Assembly (NCBI GenBank): GCA_000934665.2
Contig: JYFJ02004652.1
Span: 1-47,993 of the forward strand
Direction of reading: 5' to 3'
Source of the DNA: Catajapyx aquilonaris
Lineage: Eukaryota
DNA length: 47,993 nt
The translations under genes and the position numbers were made by a program. Positions within the stretch are counted from its first letter, which is position 1. Every line of letters begins with the position of its first letter. The notes under the pieces are model-generated. The model saw only the letters and a list, made by a program, of their open reading frames with translations. It was not told the DNA's origin and searched no databases. Of the stretch, positions 10,062 to 21,606 are shown in pieces.

Positions 10062-13000
10062 TAATTAATTTTTAATTAAAAATTTTTAAATTGCTAATAA
10101 TATTAGAGTTATAAGAACAAAATAGGGTCCAATAGGGGGTATCTCTGAATAAAAATGAGTTGCGTATGAATACCATTTGTTAATTAATAAGCATATTGAG
10201 TGGCATGCAACTTATTGTGAATATTGCTGTTGATTGCAACGGAGATAATCACTTTGCTCAGTAGTAATTCACCAATATTCTTTTTGATATTACGTTTTCT
10301 TATTTGAATGGGATGTGAGGTATAAATATGAGAAAAGCCTCGAGAAAAGCGATATAAAAATTCGTTTTCTAGGAAACACTATATCCATTGCACAGGTTGC
10401 ATGTAAAAATCATACCCTGATCATACTATACGTCAAAATGTAAATACAGTATCTAACGCCTGCCGATGTCGTAAGATTCATGTTTAATTCACGTAAGCAA
10501 GGGGTTAAAAATACAATTCCGGGTACCAGTTACATATGAAAGGTTACGGGCAAGGTTATAAGCAATACGCAGCTTATAATATCACAGCTTGTAATTTTTT
10601 CCATCTCATTTCTCACGCTGTAGTTGGGGTGTTTTTGTCCATCCTCCTAAGAAAAGGTAGCCTATAGGTACTAGTGTATATTTAAATGATGAGAACTACA
10701 ATATTTTTGAATACACCCAACCCCTCAACTTATGTCATTCTTCTAGAAGAATTACACTTTAGCGTGAGAAATGAGATGGAAAAAATTTACAAGCTGTGAT
10801 ATTCAGTTGCGTATTGCTTATAACCTTGCCCGTAACCTTTCATATATAACCTGTATTTTTAACTCTTTGCTTACGTGAGTTAAACATGAATCTTACGACT
10901 TCTGCAGGAGTTAGTTCCTGTATTTACATTTTGAAGCAGTATGATATGCAACCTGCGCAATGGTATATTCCGTTTCCTAGAAAATGATTTTTCTATCGTA
11001 TTTCACATAATATTATTTTATACCTCATAATATCCTATATTCAAATAAGAAAACGTAAAATCAAAAAGAATATTGGTGAATTACAGAGCAAAGTGATTTT
11101 CCCCGTTACAATCAACAGCAATTCACAATAAGTTGCTTATTAATATTAATTAACAAATGGTATTCACACGCAACTCTTTTTTATTCAGAGATACAACATG
11201 CATGTAATTCAAAGGATTCTCATACCTTCTCCACTGCTGATGTATTTGAATACGGCTTCAAGTGTTAAATCTCTTCCTGGAAGAAGTGACCTAGGCTTGT
11301 TGATGATGAATGGCGTGATGTAGGTTCCATAGTGATCTTGAAGATTTTCGCCCACCGAGAGGTTGGCCACAACCGGAATCTATCAAAGTTGGTGTATCAT
11401 ATTATTTGCAATTTCTTTTGAAATTAGCGTAATCAGGACTGTGACCAATACTAATCAACTTTTATAATTGGGCAGATGGATAATATATTCGAAGGAAAAG
11501 ATATACAGTGAAGGGGGTCCCTTTTCTATGATTCATATTCCTGTAGAGGAAGTAACACAAAGTGCTGGGGATGTACTGTCACCTTTTCAGTCTATGCTCA
11601 AAGCATAGAAAGAAATAACTATTTAGGACAAGTTTCACTTTACTTGAAAATAAAATTAATATCCCCGTTATCCATCAGGGATTTTGAAAACGTACACACC
11701 AAAATCATTTACCTTCAAAGAATTCAGTTGTTCTGCAGGTCCAATTCCGGACAAAATGAGCAGCTGTGGAGAGCTAATTGCTCCTGCCGACAATATCACT
11801 TCCTTCCTGCTCTTCAGCTCCACTATGGTACCAAATCTCTCAGCTAGTACACCATACACTTTTTTGTTGCTGTCGATTAATAGCTTGAAAGGAAAATGTA
11901 CTCGTATTTGAACTGCATGCCCCAAAAAAACAATTAACTATCCAACTCACTTTGTGCACGTGTGTTCGTGTCAGTATACGCAAATTAGGCCTGTGCAATA
12001 CTGGTGCTAAGTAACAGTGGTACGAACTACACCTTTCGCCATTTCGCTGAGTCACAGGCACGCTGCAAAATCCTGTGCCAACAATAAATCATATTAGCCA
12101 AAATTATTCATGCATTGCGAAATTCCCAGCAGTACCGGTACTACATCGTACATTCGTACTGTACAATCGTACTACCTTCATGTTGACATCCGAATCCATC
12201 CCTGGATGAATTGTATCCTAGAAGTTCTCCAGCACGTAAGAAGTCGTCTTCCAAAGGAATGTATGATTGGTCACTCACGGCCATGTGGCCATTTACTTCT
12301 GCAAATGGCAACATTTGCCATAAAAAATTTATCCGTAATTATTTTCTGTTATGTTATTAGCTAATTGAACTTACTCCGTGAATTGCGTACTCCGATGCTT
12401 TCAACAGATTTCTTGAAGTAAGGCAGGACGTCACTATAAGTCCAGCCTGAGTTTCCCATCTCTTCCCACTCGTCATAAGTCTTAGAGTCACCTCTGAAGT
12501 ACATCATGTAATTGATGTTGCTAGAGCCTCCAAGCCCTCTTCCACGAGGCCACGATGACCTCTGAAAATGGACAAATATTTAACACAAAATCACTTTCAG
12601 CTCATTTTTCTCAACATCATCTAAGTGCATCAACTGTCGTGTCTCACCCTTCCATTCATCCCCTTGCAGGCGTGCTTCTGAGGTACGGTGTAATACTGAT
12701 GGGCATACGGTGTCTGCTGCATGAAAGTGGACACTGCCGGAATGTTCCCCACCACTGGCCACAACGGATGTCCACCAGTTTCCAGGAGAAGGACTTCAAA
12801 CTTTGGGTTTTCCGACAGCCTGCTTGCGAGGACGCAGCCTGCTGACCCTGCTCCCACTGCGATGTGGTAACACGAGGAGAAAGAATTAGTCATAACAAGC
12901 TCTTGGTCATAATCAGTTTAATGGCTTTAAAAAAATCTAATATCAAGGTAAAACCGATGCTGCAATAACCACTTCTTGAAATATTCATACGTGAACGATA

Positions 13001-13735
13001 TGATGCCTGATCTTCCGTAAACCAGCATAGCTGGCGCAAGTGCATAGAATTTGACTGGTGTTCTTCATAGTAGTACTTGAAAAATAATATCGCAAAAATG
13101 GTTTCAACAGTTGCATAATAAATTATATAACATGTTAGATCTCATTCAGAGGGAGGGCAAGGTGAAATATAGTTGCATGTTTTAGATAAGAAAATCCTCC
13201 TATTTTTCCCTTGAAAGCAATGGTTAAAAAATAATATATATATATAGGCATGCAAAGCATGTAAGTGCATGGTTCAGTCACGCCATTGCCTGAATACTTG
13301 ATGTCCTACAACTTACAAGTGTTGTAAGTTAGACAAAGACTACGTTGTTTCCATATTCAGGAGAGATAATTGATAGTGACCCGTGAACGACAGTAGTTGT
13401 TTGTTTCCGATATTTATGAAACTGTACGTGGTGCACCAATATAATTATTTGGGCATCCTGAGCAAACACATGCATTAAAGTCTCAGTTAATCTGAGCAGT
13501 ATTATTTCATTATTTAAAGGAAGTAGCATACTCCACATTTTCCAAGAAAATTACTGTGCATATGAATATAGTGTATAGGTTGAGACTTACCTATAATAAA
13601 ATCGTACATCTTGGTGCTGATTTCTCCATATTCGTATAAGTGAACGACATATTGCATGGAGTAGTCCATGATATTGACAAGGGCACAAAAAACCGGAAAA
13701 AGAAATACCATTAATCGTAGAAATTCTGGCGGCAT
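8447..13735 (-). CDS. GMC oxidoreductase (glucose dehydrogenase [FAD, quinone]-like), 11 coding exons, 632 aa
   Basis: Exons 13735-13591, 12856-12648, 12561-12375, 12298-12176, 12072-11951, 11883-11713, 11379-11226, 9487-9315, 9231-9054, 8971-8749 and 8660-8447. All are GT-AG with compatible phases, totalling 1899 nt. Motifs: [103 protein letters not shown]. Hydrophobic N-terminus. An acceptor at 13809-13810 implies an upstream non-coding exon. Confidence 0.95.
9672..10062 (+). mobile_element. tRNA-derived SINE family A, full length with (TAA)n tail, in a GMC intron
   Basis: A-box TGGCCGAGATGG and B-box GGTTCGATCCC. Ends ATCACGGGGTAA followed by a (TAA)n array at 10013-10062. Confidence 0.9.
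10139..11194. repeat. large imperfect inverted repeat (foldback-like), arms about 10139-10619 and 10761-11194
   Basis: GTATCTCTGAATAAAAA... pairs with ...TTTTTATTCAGAGATAC. Matching continues inward to CCATCTCATTTCTCACGCT / AGCGTGAGAAATGAGATGG, leaving a spacer of about 140 bp. Confidence 0.9.
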
Positions 13736-15347
13736 TATGCTCTACTGTCAGTAAACAGGTAATTTAGATGTAATTGTTTCTGTTTCGTTCCCCTGTGTGG
13801 ACTTTACTCTGAAAATGAGAAAATAATAAAATAATTTATTTATAATAGCAGCAGCACTACTGCTTGTCAATAATATGCTAAGTTACACGGACATGCATGG
13901 ATATAATTATGTTGCATGAGGATACATAGATGACAAAATGTTCAAATGTTCGTGTCAGCTCAGTGGGGTGTGGGTAAGGGTAGCTGTTACTGAGGTAAGT
14001 TGTTACAATGGTTTTTAAACAATCGGGAAAATGGCAGCACGTCGCAGACTGTTGTTAAGGGAACAAGAATATGGTGTTACATATTTATTCTTGTAATTAC
14101 AGTATGTGAAGGTGGCATAAATAATATAGGCAACTTTTAATTAGATAATTTAATAATTCGTATTTATTTCTATATCAATATTACAAACTTACTGTGATAG
14201 GCCTAAGCATATGAAAGGTTAGTCTTGAATATGCCCATATTAGTCAGAATCGAAGGGTGTTTAGTATAAGGTGCAGTGTACACAGTGTGATTAAGTTAAA
14301 TAGGCTATTATTTATAATGAAACTGTAGTTTATGTTATTTTATTTATCGCGATGTGGGCTTATTTTGTACTACTTTCGTGAAATACGTATGTATTTTTTT
14401 AACTCAGCTATAATGAGTGATTATATTTATTTAATGAAACTTCCAAAGTACATAATTATGAAACAGACGTACTGTACAGCACGTACATGAATTTTCCACC
14501 CTAGAAAACTGTACAAACTCCTTCCCATACATATCTTTCAATTTCTCACAATAATATTATTTAGCGACACTGTATAAACTACAGTGGAATAAACTAACCC
14601 TTTACTTGTATAGTAACTTACTCGACTAGCTGTGCAATGTGTGCATGTTGGTACAGAATACAAGCTCTCTTCATATTAATATATTATTTTTACAATTCTG
14701 TGATAATTATATCCAAATGAAATAACACATAATAAGGTCCAAATTCCTACCGATTAAAGAGTATTATTTCCGAAATTGACGTTTAAAATATATGCTTGAG
14801 AGTATTGCTTTTTTAAAGTTGTATGCAGTAATCAATACGAGTTCACGAAACTAACCAGCAATTGTTGCGAACACATAAAGTAACGTATCCTTTTCGCACT
14901 TAAAAATATTTACACGTTACATATAGAGACATGCATAGAGCTAGAATAGATAGAAAACCAATCATAAATGACTGTATACCTTAAAGAAAAAAAATACTTC
15001 TTCACGAGTAGGAACAACACACTGTGGCAAGAACGTATCAAATCATCTGATATGCCAATGTTTCTATCTCGACTCTTCCTTACCTCACATGCAACTGAGA
15101 GGACAATGAAAAATACAACTGAGAAAAAAGGGAAGTTAATAGATTCTTACGTATATTTTTCCATATAATTTTGACTTACATCACTACAGTGTGAAACATA
15201 TCATTGACATGCACGACACGCACTCTGGTTAGGTTAATTCCCCAGTTGCACCGCACATTCCAGTTTTGAATTTGTAGGCTTTATGTCTACATGCCAACAA
15301 AAGGCTATTTTTAAATAATTTCCTCATTCTTTGCAGATAAGCTATTT

Positions 15348-15695
15348 TTTTTAGTGATATCCCTTGCCACCCCTTATGGGGTCTTCGGGGAGAGCCAATT
15401 GCTCCTAAACGCCATCGATTGAGTCCGACAGAAACTTGAGACCATGTGAGAAGCGCCCGGGCCTACGGGCAGGATGACTGGGAGGGGATGTGCAAAGTGC
15501 AGTGCAGTTACTAAGGGGGTACATTTTGTGAGCTCCCCCGGGTGGCTTGTGTCTAAGGATCACCACCCTGGACGTAGCCAGAGACGACCCAAACTCTGCA
15601 CGAGATAAAGGGGGGAAAGCCCGGGTTGGGGATCGAACCCGGGACCCTTATATCCGTGGGCGCGTGCGTTATCGCAGCGCCACTCCGTCCTCCCA
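15348..15695 (-). mobile_element. tRNA-derived SINE family B, full length
   Basis: Minus-strand head with B-box GGTTCGATCCC. 14-bp TSD CAGATAAGCTATTT at 15334-15347 and 15696-15709, plus a short A tail. Confidence 0.9.
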
Positions 15696-15994
15696 CAGAT
15701 AAGCTATTTGATTATTATTATTATAACTTACACACAGTGTGAATGTTTGTTCTGTTATTTTAGGATTTAACAATTGAAATGCAGAACAATCAAAGTTTCG
15801 AGATATAATATGACTAGCAGCGGTACCCGTTCTTCGCACGGGGGAAAAAAAGAGCGTGGAAAATCACCCCGAAATCTGCTTAGACCTCAAGCAATATTAA
15901 ATGCAAAACTGCTCATTCCCTTGCATATGTAGGCACTGGAAGGGTGTAAAAATTCTGGTTTGTTTGCGTAATAAAGAGCCACGAAACTATGGCT

Positions 15995-16347
15995 ATTTTT
16001 TATTTTTTTATTTTACCCCGTGATGTCCTTTATGGGAGCTATAGGGGGGTGGCATACCACCATCAGTTTTCTGTATATATTTTCTCTTCAATCACCGGTG
16101 CAAGGAAACAAGGACAATGGGAAAGGATAGGAATTTTTGGGGAAGGAACATGGGTGCAAGGTGCAATGTCGTAGCTAATGGGTCATGTGCTGTTCCCCAG
16201 GAGGTTAGGTTGCCAGACACCTCCTTGGTGCAGGTCAGAGACCCTCCTGACGCAGGTGAAAAGAAAGTTCCCCAGGCGGGGATCGAACCTGAGGCCTTTC
16301 ACTCAGCAAGCCGTGACGTTACCATCACGGCCACCACACCTCCCCTC
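15995..16347 (-). mobile_element. tRNA-derived SINE family A, full length
   Basis: Reverse complement of the 9672 copy. 10-bp TSD AACTATGGCT at 15985-15994 and 16348-16357, A-rich tail. Confidence 0.9.
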
Positions 16348-16437
16348 AACTATGGCTGTGGTTATCAGAATACAAAAAGGTGGGACAGATGGAGAGAGAA
16401 ACAAAGAGGAAAAAGAAGAGAGGAAAGACTGATGGTA

Positions 16438-16586
16438 TATCTCTTAGTCTGTCTCCTATCCCAAAGACCTGTCCAACTTGGGCGGCCCTACCAGTAGACG
16501 AAACTACCGCCGGCATAGCTCTTCAGGATCATGGGAAAACGAAAGCCCACCACCAAGGCAAGGTGGAGATACATTGGGGGAAGGGG
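16438..16586 (-). mobile_element. 5' leader fragment resembling RTE/BovB-type non-LTR retrotransposons
   Basis: Minus strand CACCTTGCCTTGGTGGTGGGCTTTCG...ATGATCCTGAAGAGCTATGCCGGCGGTAG...CTACTGGTAGGGCCGCCCAAGTTGGACAGGTC resembles, from memory, RTE 5' ends (CCTTGTCGTGG...GGGCTTGCG...GAGCYATGCC...AGGGCCACCCAAG..GGAC.GGTC). Confidence 0.55.
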
Positions 16587-16850
16587 ACATAAAAAATTAT
16601 AAAAAAATTGGGGGAAGTGCAAAATTTGAAACCATTTACAGGCCTGTTTCTATGGTAATCACCAACAAAATTCTGTTGCCACAGGCAAACAAATTTTATT
16701 TTTTTGCCTTTCATACCCTCATGTAGATTATCAAAATATGTTATTTATTTATTAATTTATAGCAGCAAACCCGTGTGTAGTGTCTGGTACATATGTTGAA
16801 CTTGATGTCAGCCAACGTACACAGATGTGATCGAAAGCGGAGGGAGAATT

Positions 16851-17310
16851 GGACAGTGTTATGCAATAATGGGTCAACCCACAAAAATGTCAAAATTGAG
16901 CCAAGCCCAGGAACATACACCTAAAGCAGAGGTTCTTAACCTTTTAGGGCCTCCGCACCCCTTTGTAGACAATATATTGGTCCTTGTCGCACCCCCTATA
17001 CCAGGGGTGATTGATTACGTTCATACGTAGTTAGACCAGTTTATATTAACTCTTGTTTAGAGGTGCACCTTGCTCGCACCCCCAGGGAAGCCACATCGCA
17101 CCCCTGGAGGCGCACGGGCACCCCAGGCTAAGAACCTCTGGCCTAAAGAATCCTACTTCATTAAGTTAAAATCACACTGGTGAAATGTACATACTTCTGC
17201 CATAAATGACCGAAAAGAACACTGAATTAATTTCACAGGTGTAACCTTCAAAGCCCTTTTTCTCAAAACTGGTCTCTCGTGGGTTGACGCATTATTGCAT
17301 AACACCGTCC
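16851..17310. mobile_element. MITE with about 31-bp TIRs and AATT flanks (possibly Sola-like)
   Basis: AATT-GGACAGTGTTATGCAATAATGGGTCAACCCA ... TGGGTTGACGCATTATTGCATAACACCGTCC-AATT. Confidence 0.75.
16927..17140. mobile_element. hAT (Charlie-like) MITE nested in the previous element
   Basis: TIRs CAGAGGTTCTTAACCT / AGGCTAAGAACCTCTG. 8-bp TSD ACCTAAAG / GCCTAAAG (7 of 8). Confidence 0.85.
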
Positions 17311-17332
17311 AATTATCAAAATAATACACTAG

Positions 17333-17546
17333 GTACCCGTTTTACACCCCTCCATTTTACGCCGTTTTACATTAACGCCGGTTTGAAAATGACGTCATAA
17401 ATTTTTTAAATTGAAAAATTGTGATAACGTGGAAATTATGATAGCTTGCTGGTTGTGAAGTGGCCAAGAAAGATTTCCCATGCGGGAAGTACCCGTTTTA
17501 AGCAGCTCCATTTTACGCCGTTTCGCATTAACCCCGGTTTTAAAAT
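17333..17546. repeat. pair of about 58-bp direct repeats (17333-17390, 17489-17546)
   Basis: GTACCCGTTTTA....CTCCATTTTACGCCGTTT..CATTAAC.CCGGTTT.AAAAT occurs twice. Probably transposon-end remnants. Confidence 0.7.
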
Positions 17547-17814
17547 TACGGTACATTTGAAAATTTTGTATCAGAATTTAAAAATATATATATTTGATGA
17601 CAACACAATCTGAACATGAAGGCATAACTTCAACGCTTCTGACTGAGACCAAACACACGAACGTATACCTGCTCTTCTTTCCTCTGTGTTTCCTGGTGCC
17701 TTGTGGCAGGTTCTATCGATATGCACTGTACAGTTACTCAGTGACTATGGTACATTGTTCTTATGGTTACATAATATTACCACAACACTGTACTATGATA
17801 AACTCCTAAGGGTC

Positions 17815-18161
17815 GGGGAGGTGTAGATGGCCGAGATGGTAACGTCTCGGCTTGCTGAGTGAAAGGCCCCAGGTTCGATCCCCGCCTGGGGAACTTTCCT
17901 TTCACCTGCGTCAGGAGGGTCTCTATAACCTGCACCAAGGAGGTGTCTGGCAACCGAACCTCCTGAGGAACAGCACATGACCCCTTTACAGATCCTGCAC
18001 TTGCACCTATGTTCCCTCCCCAAAAATCCCTACCCCTACCCTACATCCTTGACTCCTTGCACTGGATATTGAAGTTAAAATCTAGAAAAATGGAGTGAAA
18101 TGGTGGTATTCCACCCCCCTAAAAAGGCTCCGCCTTATCACGGGGTAACTTAAAAAACAAA
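17815..18161 (+). mobile_element. tRNA-derived SINE family A, full length
   Basis: Head nearly identical to the 9672 copy. Ends ATCACGGGGTAA plus an A-rich tail. Confidence 0.9.
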
Positions 18162-18540
18162 CTCTCCAGTCCATACTTTACGGGCACCCTGTACTGAGGG
18201 AACATGTTTACATAAGCGATCACGTGGCAGCAACGTGACCTTGGCATATACGACTCGACTTGGCGGGAACAGGGGGGAGGGGGGGGGGATCTGGAGTTGC
18301 TATGGTAGTTGAGTCACCGTCCAAGAGATGGCAGGAGCATATTGAACCGGGTTTGGCACTGAAAAGTTCGCCTTCTCTATGCACATCCTCGCGCACCAAA
18401 TTCAAAAACCCTCCGGACATCATAATAATTATGATGTACTTAGCCGTCAAAGGTTTAATATAAGAAGGGGGGAGAGAGGGGGGAGGGTATGATGAGGATA
18501 ACTGTTGGGTGAGCATCATTAAGAACATGTCCTACACCGC

Positions 18541-18630
18541 AGGCCGCAGGCCTAGAAAACAGCGAGCGAAGCGAGTGGTTTTCTAGGCCTGCGCCCTAGG
18601 AAAAGGCGAGCGGAGCGAGGGTTTTCCTAG
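18541..18630 (+). mobile_element. Helitron-like 3' terminus (double hairpin ending CTAG)
   Basis: GCAGGCCTAGAAAAC-agcgagcgaagcgagtg-GTTTTCTAGGCCTGC then CTAGGAAAA-ggcgagcggagcgaggg-TTTTCCTAG. Repeated at 19947-20036. Confidence 0.6.
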
Positions 18631-20036
18631 TCTATAATATTAAAATGCTTGCGGACTATGTATAAGCCCTCTGATTGGTCCGCCCCCATATTGTTCCCGC
18701 CACCGCTTCCTATTGGCCCCCGTTCATTGTTCCCTGGACATATTGTTACCACGACGCCTCCGATTGGCCCCCCTTCCGAGCATGCGCAATGGGTAGAAGA
18801 ACGCCACAGTCGCTTGCTGGACACCAACGAGGACACATCATTCTCCTCTCCCGTGAAGACCCCTCCACCCTTCCACCTTCCTCCACCCACGTCTTCACGG
18901 TGACCTCACAACAGGGGAGGGGGAGANGGGAATGGAACGTGCCGTAAACAAACCGAATCGAACATTGGCCAAGGTCGGGATGTGGATTATCAGTGGTGCC
19001 AATAACTCCATGGACGTTTATTAACAAAGTAAAATAATTTCGTTTTTTTTTAAACGAGGTCCTTACTTGGGTCCTTACTGCTCCCGTCGAGAGAGATGAG
19101 AAGACCGTAACTCAATGTCCACTTCCCTTGCGGCGAGAAAAAAAGCAGTGGTACCAAAAGCACCCAACAGGTGGAGTTGGGGTGCCGTTCCTTTTTTTCC
19201 CTTCCCCCAACGCCACCTCTTGGATGCTTTCGGTAACACTTGCTTTCTTTTCTCGCCGCAAGGGAAGTGGTTATTGAGTCACGGTCCTCTCACATCTGAC
19301 TGCAGTACTGGCATCCCCAGTGGGGAGAGTTGGTAAGCAGGATTAGCCGCGATATTCAACACTGAACCCGGGGATAGGCCGAGAACGTCAAAAGAAAGTG
19401 GCGGGAAGAATGAAACCAGTTTTTGATCATCTAATATTATTTTTTAAATTGTAGTTATTTTTTAATTTATTAAAATAATCGCGGCCACCCTCGACCCCCA
19501 CGGAGACGAAGGCTTCGCGACCCCCAGGTTGGGAAACACTGATCTAATACAAACACTGCCAAGTTCCATTGGCTGTTTATAATAAAAGGAAGTCATGAGC
19601 AGTTATGGAAAACGTGGTCCGAAAGGGTGCATATAATTATTTAGATACATGTGTGCGAGTGCATGCGAGTAGAGGCGGCGGTAGAGGTTGTGAATTTCTG
19701 TTCATACAATAATAAATTGGAGTTTTTTAAAAAAAATTTGCAAAGGTATTTGTATGTTGAGGTGGGCAAATGCATATTTCCCAGCCAATGCAAAGGTGGG
19801 ATTCCAGATTGGTTGCAGGCCGCAGGGTATAGGGAATCACGGATATGTGAATGCACGGAGGAACGGGTGGGGATGGGGGGTTTGAATATGATTGGCATCA
19901 TCACTGGTAATAAGTCCGAAGCGATTGAAAATATGGTGGGCACTGTAGGCCGCAGGCCTAGAAAAGAGCGAGCGGAGCGAGTGGTTTTCTAGGCCAGCGC
20001 CCTAGGAAAATGCGAGCGGAGCGAGGGTTTTCCTAG
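18631..20036 (+). mobile_element. non-autonomous Helitron-like element, about 1.4 kb
   Basis: Starts TCTATAATATTAAAATG and ends in the double hairpin plus CTAG|T. No TIR or TSD. Contains a hAT-end fragment (GGTTGGGAAACACTG, about 19527-19541). Confidence 0.6.
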
Positions 20037-20299
20037 TAGAAGCTATAAGTACATAAATTCCCCTTACACGATCAGGTTATTTTTTGGAAAGAACATTTGT
20101 CTTACATTTCTCACTGCAGGTTTCACCACCACACTCATGCAAGACTAAGCCATTGTCAGATGCATCATTATGATTTATTTATTTTTACTTTGAGTAGCGG
20201 AAGCTAAACAGCGCCATTAAATCGAGCCACCCTTCAAACCCCTATATCCACCCAATTGACATAGGTGTCAAAGTCCTTGGGTTCAGAAATAATTCGGAT

Positions 20300-21078
20300 G
20301 TGAAAGGGTGCGCAGCATCTTGTGAAGATGGCGAACATCGCACATCGCGCGGTCATCCAGTACCTGGTGGCAAAGGGAATGGGTGCCAAGGACATCTTTA
20401 AGGACATGAAGAATACATTGGCTGGCGATGCACCATCCTACAGCATGATCCAGAAGTGGACTGCCCTCTCCAAACACGGCCGAGACAGCCTAGAAGACGA
20501 CCCCCGCTCCGGAAGACCCGTGTGTTCCACCACTGAAGAAAATGTGGCCAAAGTGGAGGAACTAGTGATGGAAGACCGAAGACTGACTATCAGGTACCTT
20601 TCTGAGGTGGTGGGCATCTCAACATTTTTCATCCACACCATACTACCTGACCACCTGCGCCTGTGGAAGGTGTCAGCACGATGGGTACCCCGAATGTTGT
20701 CGCCAGAACAGAAGTCGGGAGATGTCACAATCGAATTTGGACCTGCTGAATGCTGATGCAGAAGGATTTTACGCTCCTCTGGTCACACAGGATGAAACCT
20801 GGGTACCTCTACCTGTTCCCGAACGGCCGAACATGAAGAAACACCTGCGGGGTCGACTCCATGGGAGTGACGAAGAGGTCAAGGCAGCTGTGGAGGACGT
20901 CTTGGGGGGAGGGGGGGGGATGAGATTCTTCCTTCTACCGGAGCGGTTTGGAGAAGTTGCCACGAAGATGGACAAAGTGTATTGACCGGTGTGGGGACTA
21001 TGTTGAGAAATAAAATTGTTTCTTTGTCATGTCTCGCGTATGTCTACTTGAAACCACGAACTTATGTAACACCCCTCG
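20300..21078 (+). mobile_element. degenerate mariner element (transposase pseudogene)
   Basis: HRAVIQYL...EDDPRSGRP...WVPRML, then frameshifted VTQDETWV and an internal deletion removing the YSPDLAP region. Right end ...CACCCCTCG-TA at 21078-21080. Left TIR not found. Confidence 0.9.
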
Positions 21079-21080
21079 TA

Positions 21081-21606
21081 CCTTGTTCTTAGAATACACT
21101 CATCTGCTAGTAATGGCTAAGGGATACGTATGGGATTCCTCTTCCAGTAAAGGTAGTCAACAAACTTGGGTATATTTGGTTTCTTTGTCATTGTTTCCTC
21201 TAAGAAAATGACTGGTTGAATATTTGGTACGTACATATTTGGGTTTGATTTGAAGAAAAGAATTCATCCCTATAAATTTTATTTGAAAACACAAAGCACT
21301 TCAAAATTATACACGTACCTTCAAAGAATTCAGTTGTTCTGCAGGTCCAATTCCGGACAAAATGAGCAGCTGTGGAGAGCTAATTGCTCCTGCCGACAAT
21401 ATCACTTCCTTCCTGCTCTTCAGCTCCACGATGGTGCCAAATCTCTCAGCTAGTACCCCATACACTTTTCTGTTGCTGTCGCACTTGCTGTCGATTAATA
21501 CCTTGAACAGAAATGTATTCGTATTTGAACTACATGCCCCCAAAAAACAACTAACTGTCCACCTCACCTTGTGCACGTGTGTTCGTGTCAGAATACGCAA
21601 ATTAGG
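21081..21606 (-). pseudogene. partial genomic duplicate of the GMC gene (end of coding exon 5, intron, exon 6, part of the next intron)
   Basis: 21317-21606 closely matches 11711-11989 including the intron, with a 12-nt in-frame insertion (SKCD). Weaker intron similarity extends to about 21130. The other exons are absent. Confidence 0.85.

Larger units (their letters stand above)
15814..16727 (-). mobile_element. non-autonomous Helitron-like element (3' end clear, 5' end tentative) hosting nested inserts
   Basis: Minus strand reads CCCGTGCGAAGAACGGG (hairpin) TACCGCTG CTAG|T, a canonical Helitron 3' end. Possible A|TC start near 16727. Confidence 0.45.
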
